Under the pieces are notes generated by a model. That model was not told the DNA's origin and did not search any database. It saw nothing but the letters and a program-made list of their open reading frames with translations. From an uncultured delta proteobacterium (lineage in GTDB: Bacteria; Desulfobacterota; Zymogenia; Zymogenales; Zymogenaceae), in contig CAWBYW010000030.1 in assembly GCA_963792965.1 (NCBI GenBank), positions 64,001 through 128,000 of the forward strand: DNA of 64,000 nt, read 5' to 3'. The first letter of the stretch is position 1, and each line of letters opens with the position of its first letter. Positions 56,276 to 64,000 of the stretch are shown here, piece by piece. The position numbers were made by a program, and so were the translations under genes.

Positions 56276-57427
56276 ATGGCCGCGACGGATAATAAGGGAC
56301 TGCAATTCTTTGTGACGTTGGTTGTCTTTCTCCTCCTCTTTCTCGGATTTTACTATTTCATGTCGAAGGGAGATAAGGGCAAGGAGACCGCAAAGGTAGA
56401 GATTGCGATCGCCTACGTCAACGACGGTGCGGCCTATATCTCCGGCCTTAAGGCGGAAAACGCATTGAAAATTGCGATCGGCGAGACGATCGTATGGGCC
56501 CCAAACGGCGCCGGCCTCTACTATCTGGACAACTACGCAAAGCTCAAATATTATGACATCAAGAGCACCGAGTCAAAAGACATCTTCATCAATGTCGCAT
56601 CGTTTGCCGTCTCTCCCAAGGGCGATCTGATCGCCGTCGTGGAAAAAAATGAGGCGGGCCATCTCAAGATCATCACCAGCAGCGGGGAACCGGTCGCCGA
56701 CCTCGACACCGGCACGGCGCCGTGCTGGTTTCGTGAGGGCGAGCGGATCGCCTATATCAGCGGGGGTGCCGTCTATGACGCCGCGGGCGGCGACTGGAAC
56801 TCGTATCCGCTCTACAATGGGGCCCCTAACGACCTTTCGGTCTCTCCCGACGGCAAATCGATTCTCTTTACCGAATGGAAAGGCACTGAGAGCCGCCTCG
56901 TCCTCTTGGATATCGCCACGAAGGGCACGTCGGTGGTAGAGTCGGCCGCCTTCGAGGCCGCTCCGACGGACGCATCCCCCCTCGGTTTTTCATACCCCCG
57001 GTTCTTTGCCGACAAGAACGCGGCCCTCTTCGTCTATAACGACAAGAAGGGGGGAAAGATCTACCGATTCGATCGCGAGACGAAGGCGATAACGGGGATC
57101 TCCGACGAGGGGGGCCCGATCGATTCGCTCTCTATCTCCCCGAGCTCCGAGCTGGTCGCCTATTTCTTCATCCTCAAATCGAACTTCCCGAACTTCACCG
57201 AGAAGGTGGGCGACAAACAGGTGCCGATGGACTTCGGGCCGAAGGACCTGAACACCGACTCCATCGCGCGTCTCTACGCCCGGGGCGCCAAGGGGGAGAT
57301 CGGCGGGGATAAGCTCAACAACCATAACACGAAACAGCTGCTCGACAGCGACGTGATCCGCATCGTCGACCTCAAGAGAAGTGTCGTCTGGTCGCTCGGC
57401 AGCGGCCAATACCCGGCGCTGAAATAG
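56276..57427 (+). CDS. Membrane-anchored TolB/WD40-like beta-propeller protein
   Basis: AAGGAG SD; N-terminal TM; repeated WAPNG, VSPKG, VSPDG, ISPSS blade motifs. Confidence 0.75.
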   Translation: MAATDNKGLQFFVTLVVFLLLFLGFYYFMSKGDKGKETAKVEIAIAYVNDGAAYISGLKAENALKIAIGETIVWAPNGAGLYYLDNYAKLKYYDIKSTESKDIFINVASFAVSPKGDLIAVVEKNEAGHLKIITSSGEPVADLDTGTAPCWFREGERIAYISGGAVYDAAGGDWNSYPLYNGAPNDLSVSPDGKSILFTEWKGTESRLVLLDIATKGTSVVESAAFEAAPTDASPLGFSYPRFFADKNAALFVYNDKKGGKIYRFDRETKAITGISDEGGPIDSLSISPSSELVAYFFILKSNFPNFTEKVGDKQVPMDFGPKDLNTDSIARLYARGAKGEIGGDKLNNHNTKQLLDSDVIRIVDLKRSVVWSLGSGQYPALK

Positions 57428-57490
57428 GCTTATGGGGGAGCAGTAACGCGATCGGCCGTGTCCGGACGCGATACCGGAGATGATAAAGAG

Positions 57491-57520
57491 AAAGGGAGAT
57501 TTTTGGATCTCCCTTTTTTT
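57491..57520. terminator. Intrinsic terminator, probably bidirectional
   Basis: AAAGGGAGAT-TTTTGG-ATCTCCCTTT-TTTT perfect stem between convergent genes. Confidence 0.8.
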
Positions 57521-57818
57521 GTGGCATATAGTGGCGGTCTTCCGGAAACCCGGGATAACCCGAGTCACTTGTTTCCCGATTCCGGAAAAGAAAACTTGTA
57601 GGGGTTCACATCGTGTGTCTTGTAACGGCGATCTGCTCTCATGCTGTTGTGTCCCGCGTATCAAAGATGAGACGGCGGCCTTTCTTGGGCTTACCCGTCC
57701 GCTAACGTGTCCTAAATTATGGAAGCCGACCACGTGTCAATACGTGAAGTCGGCCTTCTCGGACTTGCCGTCGTCTTTCCGCCCCGACTATCGGATGCGC
57801 ATCCCTCCTATGGACAAC

Positions 57819-58121
57819 CTAAAAACCCTCTACCGGCACCTTCAGGAAGCCCGCGATATGGACCTGCTCATCGAAGCTGCAGTCGGGGCAATCCAGGAAG
57901 TCCGCGTCGGAGTTATAGGTAAAGTCCTTCCCGTTGATAGTGCCGTAATAGTCACCGTCGGCCCACTTGTTTATGACGACGATCTTGTCTCCCTGTACAT
58001 CCTTGACGACGGTAGGACCCGAGCCGCCGATTAGATAGACGGCGGCCGCGATCGCCACAACAAGGATCACGACGATACCGACGATCAGCACCGTTATGGT
58101 TCCTTTCTTTCTTTCAGCCAC
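57819..58121 (-). CDS. Small membrane-anchored hypothetical protein with CxxC (3' end uncertain)
   Basis: GGAGG SD, GTG start, MAERKK then a strong TM helix, followed by a soluble segment with CPDC. Confidence 0.6.
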   Translation of the reverse strand: MAERKKGTITVLIVGIVVILVVAIAAAVYLIGGSGPTVVKDVQGDKIVVINKWADGDYYGTINGKDFTYNSDADFLDCPDCSFDEQVHIAGFLKVPVEGF

Positions 58122-58347
58122 TATGCCGCCTCCCGTATAATCGCATATTATAGATTAATTAAAACATGGATCCTCTGATTTGTAAAGAGGCCGGCCCTTC
58201 TTTTCGCGAGCCCGTAAACGCCAAAGGGATGCGGGGACCATTTCCCGTCCATCGGGTCATCGGCCCGCAGGGAAGGTCTTGAGCGGGCATGGTGCGGGGT
58301 GTACCGTCTTCTCATCGGCCTCAGTATTGCGCGCCCTACCTTCGGAG

Positions 58348-60084
58348 CTAACCTTTCCGATCCCTTACATCCGGCAGCGCGTTTATCTCCCGCACCCGTT
58401 CCGGAGGATATTTATCGCTCCTGTCGAAGTTCAACAGCCCGTTCTTCTCGTTTTCGATGTCGTAGGCCTGGGTCAGGCAGTAGCCGGTGATAAGGGGGTA
58501 CTGGTTCATAATCTCGACGTTATGCCTGAAATTTTCCATGAAACCGGCGCTTCCTTTATAATACCCGGCCCCGCCGAACTCGCTGATGACAAAGGGCTCG
58601 TGTCCCCCGTATACCCCCTGCCTGAGGTACGGCACCCGCGCCACGATGTGGGTGAGGACTATATTTATAAGCATCTTGGGCAGCCTCATGAACTGGCGCG
58701 ACATTTTTCGTCCATCGCCGAGGATTTGGTAAAGACGATGGATTTTTTTATCCGTGTCCAGGTAGTGGTGTACATCCACGATATCGGTGATCACGTGATC
58801 GTAGCCCGAGTTGTCGATAACCAAGATGTTCGGGTTGAGCTCCTTTACTTTCCGGTACATCGCCTGCAGGAATTCCCGCTTCTTTCTGCTCCAGAGGATC
58901 CCGTAGACGCCCCATGACTCGTTGAAGAGGACGACCGCCATAATACAGGGATGACACGCGTCCCGCGCCATCACCTCCTCGAGCTCTCCCTCATACTGGT
59001 TTTCGTCCACTCCTCCGAAGAGGAACGGCGACGGCATCTCCTCCCAGACGAGAAGCCCGTGCTTATCGCACAACGCCAGGTATCTCGGGTCCTCGATCTT
59101 CTCGTGTATCCTGATCCCGTTGAACCCGAGCGACTTGTACGTGATGATCTCCCTTTCAAACACGTCCTCATCCGTCGGAGAGTAGTGTCCCCCCGGATAG
59201 TATCCCTGCACGAGCAGCATCTTCAGGTAGACCGGCTCCCCGTTCAGGAGGATCCTCCCGTCTCTGGCTTCCACCCTCCTGAGGCCTACCCGCGACGACG
59301 ACCCGGTCGCTCGCGGTCCCGCTTTCATCAAAGAGCGTGATCTCGACCCGGTAGAGATGGGGGTGTGTGACCGACCAGGGCCGCGGATTGGCGATGTGGA
59401 ATGTCTTTTCGAGGGCGCTCCCTGCGATGGAAACTTTTCCTGCGCGGCCACGCGGCCGTCGGAGTCGATGACGCGCACCTCGCACAAGGACGTACCCCGT
59501 GCCTCGATGTCGGCCGCGACGGTCACGCGGTCCATATCCGGCACAAGGGTGAGGTGCTTGATATACGAATCGCCCGTGGCGGAAAGGAAGACCGGCTGCC
59601 AGATGCCGCTGGCCGGCGTATAGAAGACGGCGGAGAGCTTTTCCCAGACGTATTGCTTTCCGCGCAGGGTCCCTCTCTTCGGGTAATCGGCCACCCTCAC
59701 CGAGATCCTGTTGGACACCTGGAGAAAATCGGTTATCTCAAAGGAAAAGGGGGTATATCCGCCCCGATGGCCGCCGAGGTGATTCCCGTTTATCCAGACC
59801 TCCGCCTCGTAGTCCACGGCGCCGAAGTTGAGGAAGAACCGCGTCCCCTCAGGGAAATCTTCACGACGAAGCTCCCGCGCATACCAGAAGAGCGGAAAGA
59901 TCTGTCGGCCTTCCAGTCCGCTTGCCTCGCTCTCAAGACAAAAGGGCACGCGGACGGTATCGGGGAGACGTCTACTAAACCACGCCTCCTTGATCCCCGA
60001 GTCTTTCGGGTCGAATGCAAATTCCCAGTCGCCGTCAAGTGACAAGCAGTGCTCCCGCACCATATCCGGCCGCGGATAGTTCAT
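58348..60084 (-). CDS. Glycoside hydrolase family 2 (two compensating frameshifts near 59430 and 59290)
   Basis: YPRP.M.R...SLDGDWEF, FGAVDY, H.GGYTPF, SGIWQPV, GFNGIR.H.K, GLLVWEE, FNESWG, ISEFGG, YCLTQAYDIE.E.NGL; the middle segment NPRPWS..HPHLY is in another frame. Confidence 0.88.
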   Translation of the reverse strand: MNYPRPDMVREHCLSLDGDWEFAFDPKDSGIKEAWFSRRLPDTVRVPFCLESEASGLEGRQIFPLFWYARELRREDFPEGTRFFLNFGAVDYEAEVWINGNHLGGHRGGYTPFSFEITDFLQVSNRISVRVADYPKRGTLRGKQYVWEKLSAVFYTPASGIWQPVFLSATGDSYIKHLTLVPDMDRVTVAADIEARGTSLCEVRVIDSDGRVAAQEKFPSQGAPSKRHSTSPIRGPGRSHTPISTGSRSRSLMKAGPRATGSSSRVGLRRVEARDGRILLNGEPVYLKMLLVQGYYPGGHYSPTDEDVFEREIITYKSLGFNGIRIHEKIEDPRYLALCDKHGLLVWEEMPSPFLFGGVDENQYEGELEEVMARDACHPCIMAVVLFNESWGVYGILWSRKKREFLQAMYRKVKELNPNILVIDNSGYDHVITDIVDVHHYLDTDKKIHRLYQILGDGRKMSRQFMRLPKMLINIVLTHIVARVPYLRQGVYGGHEPFVISEFGGAGYYKGSAGFMENFRHNVEIMNQYPLITGYCLTQAYDIENEKNGLLNFDRSDKYPPERVREINALPDVRDRKG

Positions 60085-60192
60085 GGCAAGACTCCTAAAA
60101 GGGACATCTCCCTCAGACACGGGAAAGCAGCCGCCGGAGCTCTGTGGGCACGCACGATGGGGCAGTAGCTCACAGTACGCGATGAGATGTGC

Positions 60193-61160
60193 TCACTTCG
60201 CTCGTCCCTTCGCCCCCCGTCCCCGCTCGATCAGGTCTTCCCCAAAGTGCTCATAGGCCTCGGGAAACTTCTTCAAAAAGAGCGGCTTCTTGCCGGACGG
60301 GATCTTCAGCTCGTAGTTCGCTTCGTCCGGCGGAGTAACCCCCCTGAGCAGCTCGGGATTGAGAGCCCCAAGCGTCTTCTCCTGCACCCCCAACACCTGT
60401 GCGAAGAACCAGAGCGGCAGCCCCCCCGGCACCCAGACCTTGTCGTACGTAAACGGGACGACGCCTGCGGGCGGTGCGAACCCGTAGCGTTTCGGATCCT
60501 GCATGATCGCCATGATGGCAAGCACCCGCGGGACGTAGCCCTGGGCCTGGAACGTCAGCTTGCCCATCTTACCCATCTCCCACAGCGAAAGCGACCCGCA
60601 CGATTCGATCGCGGAATTAACCGATCCCGACCCGCAATTGTAGCCCGCCAGCGCCAGCTCCCAGTTGGAAAACGACGCAAAGAGCCCCGAGAAATATTTC
60701 GCCGCGGCCGTCGTTGATTTCTCGAAGTCGCGCCGCTCGTCCACCCAGTCGTTCATCTTCATCCCGAACCCCTTGGCCGTCGTCGGGATGAACTGCCAGG
60801 GCCCGCCAGCCCCCATCACGGAGACGGCCGTGGGGTCAAAGCCGCTCTCGAGGATCGCCACGTAGACCAGCGCCTCCGGCACGCCGCGGCTTCTCAATAT
60901 CCCCTTCATCAGCGGCGAGAACCTTTCGGCCGTCGCCAGCCACCTGTTAACCGAATAGGGCGCCTTTTTCAGCGTCTCGATCTCTTCTCTCACCTGTTCG
61001 TTGACGACCAAGGGAATCTCGACGGGCGGCTGTGAGCAGGTGGCGACGATCTCCTGGCCCTTTTCTGTCTCTGGCACAGGCAAGGGACCCGTCGCCGTCA
61101 GGGCCGCTCGCAGCCCGATAGGCAGATTATCATGCAAAGGAAGGCGGGTATGTTTCTCAT
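60193..61160 (-). CDS. MltD-like lytic transglycosylase, probable lipoprotein (frameshift near 61110)
   Basis: AILESGF, AGGPWQFIP.TA, DERRDFEKST.AAA.Y, LALAGYN.G, YVP, LNPEL; ATG at 61160 encodes MRNIPAFLCMIICLSGC (lipobox) in another frame. Confidence 0.87.
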
Positions 61161-61195
61161 AATTCTCTTTCGACTATATCGTTGAGGCTTTTTCT

Positions 61196-61224
61196 ACTGT
61201 AGCGAAAAACGGGCCCTGCGTCAA
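61196..61224 (-). promoter_or_regulatory. Putative sigma70 promoter for the transglycosylase gene
   Basis: Minus strand TTGACG-17 nt-TACAGT. Confidence 0.55.
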
Positions 61225-61263
61225 GGGTGAACAGCCTTGCCGTGCCCGGCGTCTCCAAATTTG

Positions 61264-61292
61264 TTGACAAAAAAACCTTTTAATCATACTAT
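61264..61292 (+). promoter_or_regulatory. Putative sigma70 promoter for nadA
   Basis: TTGACA-17 nt-TACTAT, 25 nt before the ATG. Confidence 0.72.
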
Positions 61293-61317
61293 CTTATAAG
61301 TCATTACGGGGGCGCTC

Positions 61318-62239
61318 ATGGAAACAAGCAGTCTGATCAGCGAAGTCCGCTCCCTCCTCAAAAAGAGGAACGCGATCTTCCTTGCCCACAACTACCAACG
61401 GCCCGAGGTTCAGGACGCCGCCGACCTGACGGGAGACTCCCTCGGGCTCTCCATCGCGGCCGCCGCCACCACGGCCGATATCATCGTCTTTGCCGGCGTT
61501 CATTTCATGGCGGAAAGCGCGGCCATCCTCTCTCCCAATAAGACGGTCCTCATCCCCCGGCCGGAGGCGGGGTGCCCCATGGCCGACATGATCACCAAAG
61601 AGGACGCGCTTGACTTCAAGAATCGATACCCCGGCAGCAACGCTTGTCACCTACGTCAACTCTACGGCCGACGTAAAGGCGGTCACGGATATCTGCTGCA
61701 CATCGGCCAACGCCGTGAGCGTCGTCAAGTTCTCTGGATGCCGACGTCGTCCTCATGGCGCCGGACAGAAACCTCGCCCACTGGACCGCCCGCTTTTCCA
61801 AGAAAGAGATTCACTGGTGGGACGGCTTTTGCCCGACCCACGAGCGGTTGACCGCCGATGAAGTGAAGGCGGTGAAGGCCAAGCACCCGGATGCCTTTTT
61901 CATCGCCCATCCGGAGTGCCGCCCCTCGGTGGTCGACCTGGCGGATAAGGTCGCCAGCACCTCCGGAATGCTCGATTTTGTCAAGACATCGTCCCTGAAG
62001 AAATTTATCATCGGCACGGAGCTTGGTATCCTTCACCCGCTCAAAAAGGCCAGCCCGGACAAGACGTTCATACCGGCCGCCGAGCATATGATCTGTCCGA
62101 ACATGAAGCTGACCACGCTTGCGGACGTGCTGGAGATGTCTGGCGAGACACGAAGAACGTCGTAACCGTCGCCCCCGACATTCGCCGATTCGCCAAGGAG
62201 GCGCTGGACCGCATGCTCGCCGTCAAGAGGGTGGATTAG
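61318..62239 (+). CDS. nadA: Quinolinate synthase (frameshifts near 61637, 61730, 62140)
   Basis: [28 protein letters not shown]; [18 protein letters not shown]; PDRNL, CPTH, AHPEC, GTELG, CPNMK; ends [15 protein letters not shown]. Confidence 0.93.
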
Positions 62240-62436
62240 GAGAGCCGGGGGAAGTCGGGGAGCTCGACCTCTCGACGGGTGGGAGCGATCGTTTTACCGA
62301 CGCCACGTGCCGACCCCGCGGACTCTTCTACGGCGGCTTGACTATCACACGGGCACGCCTGCGACTTTCTTGGATAACCGATACGGTGGCCAACCCGTAA
62401 GAAATAGGGCTTTTTCAACATGGTAAGGGGGAATTC

Positions 62437-63561
62437 ATGATCGGAAGAGTTCTTGGGTGCGTACTGACCGTATGCGCGATCATCTTACTCTATGCGTCGG
62501 GAGGGAGCGCCCAGCCCGACAATCCATATGCGGAGATACAGCCGCTGCTTGACGAAAAGACCGCCGTCCTCGTCTACGATACACCCTCCATGAAGGTCGA
62601 CGTCATCAGAAGTGGCTCCGTCGTCACGAGGGAGCTTCTCAAGACGGAGGAGCCCGTCGAGGTGAAGCTCGACTTCTTCACGGACATCCTTGAATCGCTC
62701 AACGCCATGACCCCTTACCAGAACGAATCCGCCGAGCTCTATACGATCCTGATCGCGCCGGTCGTCGGCGATCTCTCGGGCATCACTCGGCTCGGGATCA
62801 TTCCCGGCAGGACCCTCTCGGGCCTCACGTTTGCCGCCCTCGTCGGCAAGAAAGACCCAAAGCGGCCGCGATTCCTGATCGATGATTTTGCCCTCTTTTA
62901 CGCGCCCTCGCTTGCCCTCATGAAGCAGGCGCTAACGACCGACAAATCCGCGCTTGTGGGCGGCATCGTCATGGGCAACGCCAAATATCCCGCGGGCTGG
63001 GGCGCACTCAAGATGGCGCCCATGGAGATGAGCGATGTGACGTCCTTTGTGCCCGGGTCGGTGATGTTTGATGGTGCGGCGGCCGGTGAATCAGCGCTCA
63101 AGAGCAAGCTTGCCGAGGGACCGATCTCGGTCCTGCACCTGACCACCCATTGCTCCATCAGGCCCGGCTCGGATGATGAATCAAAGATACTCCTCTCCGG
63201 GGGTGGTGGAGACGACGGCAACCTGACCGTGTCCGAGGTCTCGTCCATGAAGATGGACGTCGATCTCGTGACGATCTCGGCCGATCGCGCAGGTGTGACG
63301 TGGGGAACGTCATACGGTTTCCCGGGAGCCTTTCTGTCCGCGGGGGCGGCCTCCGTGCTTGCGCCGATCGGAAAGATCGACAGAGGGATGACGGCAAACC
63401 TTATGAACTTCTTCTACACGAATCTCCCCACCAACGACAAGGCCGAGGCATTGAGGCGTGCCCAGCTGATGATTGTTGACTTCGAGAAGAATCTCGGACG
63501 GTACCGGTTTGCACACCCCGGCTTCTGGGCTTCCTTCGTCCTTTACGGGAGCTATAGATAG
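62437..63561 (+). CDS. Secreted stand-alone CHAT-domain protein with degenerate active site
   Basis: Signal peptide; LY..LI.P, L.IIP...L....FAAL, VLHLTTHC, DG.LT..EV, DLVTISA, FLSAGA.SV, KAEALRRAQL, HPGFWASF.L.G. Confidence 0.85.
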   Translation: MIGRVLGCVLTVCAIILLYASGGSAQPDNPYAEIQPLLDEKTAVLVYDTPSMKVDVIRSGSVVTRELLKTEEPVEVKLDFFTDILESLNAMTPYQNESAELYTILIAPVVGDLSGITRLGIIPGRTLSGLTFAALVGKKDPKRPRFLIDDFALFYAPSLALMKQALTTDKSALVGGIVMGNAKYPAGWGALKMAPMEMSDVTSFVPGSVMFDGAAAGESALKSKLAEGPISVLHLTTHCSIRPGSDDESKILLSGGGGDDGNLTVSEVSSMKMDVDLVTISADRAGVTWGTSYGFPGAFLSAGAASVLAPIGKIDRGMTANLMNFFYTNLPTNDKAEALRRAQLMIVDFEKNLGRYRFAHPGFWASFVLYGSYR

Positions 63562-63695
63562 GCCTTCGTGCCGAACGGTCGCGACGGGCGCGATCTATGT
63601 CGAGTCTTTTCGACGGGCAACGTTTATGGTGTCTCTTTTCTCACCGGTGGCCCCCGGGAAATCAGGTTTCCCCGGGGCGATACTGGAGGTAAACG

Positions 63696-64000
63696 ATTAA
63701 GGCCTTAGTAACCGGAGCCGGATCATTTGTAGCCAGGAGCCTGATCTACAGGCTTCTGTGCCTCGGTTTCTCCGTAAGGGGTTTCGACGTGGTCCCCGTC
63801 GATGACCCCATAAGCGACGTGGAGTATCTGTCGGGCGACGTTACGAGGGCCGGGCTTCTCTCGGAGATGGCACACGGGGTGGACCACATCTTTCACCTCC
63901 TCAGAATATCTCCGAAAGAAGCGCACAAAAAGACGAGGGGCGTCTCACCGGGCCTTGCCGCGGCCATCAAGCTTATCACCCTTGCCGAAAGCCTCTCGGT
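63696..64000 (+). CDS. NAD-dependent epimerase/dehydratase (extended SDR)-like protein, partial, apparent ATT start
   Basis: Not in the ORF track. GGAGGT SD, then ATT AAG GCC TTA GTA ACC GGA = (M)KALVTGAGSFVARSL...VRGFD...GDV...GVDHIFHL; open to the window end. Confidence 0.72.
   Translation, partial: MKALVTGAGSFVARSLIYRLLCLGFSVRGFDVVPVDDPISDVEYLSGDVTRAGLLSEMAHGVDHIFHLLRISPKEAHKKTRGVSPGLAAAIKLITLAESLS

Overview
GC-rich (roughly 60% by eye) bacterial chromosomal segment whose gene orders suggest a deltaproteobacterium (Desulfobacterota/Myxococcota-like; inference). Most genes are on the minus strand and are housekeeping: truA-ecfT, asd-leuBDCA-pssA-psd-ilvC-ilvB, tsaB-rseP-dxr-cdsA-uppS-frr-pyrH-tsf-rpsB, menA-argJ-secA-M23 peptidase, and alaS-recX-pilT-recA-thpR-cinA-pgpA. 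About 13 genes, including essential ones (asd, alaS), are broken by single-base indels. Most of those I traced are +1 insertions and they fall in blocks, which points to long-read assembly error rather than pseudogenes; reconstructed coordinates are given. Most interesting items: (1) a Dif-like chemosensory operon with a sensorless MCP and a receiver-less CheB, headed by a conservon/MglA-type small GTPase and roadblock pair, running without a gap into larB-larC, a REC-GAF-HD-GYP gene and the cinA-recA-pilT block; (2) a 759-aa acidic, membrane-anchored coiled-coil protein in the asd-X-truA slot held by FimV/HubP in other proteobacteria, but with inverted topology; (3) a lone AT-rich gene after alaS that resembles Abi-alpha-type proteins; (4) a secreted stand-alone CHAT domain with its catalytic Cys replaced; (5) a Rossmann-fold gene that apparently starts at ATT; (6) a tandem zinc-ribbon protein with a GGC-plus-TM tail. 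No rRNA, tRNA, CRISPR array, integrase or transposase was seen. All family assignments come from motif recognition, not database searches.
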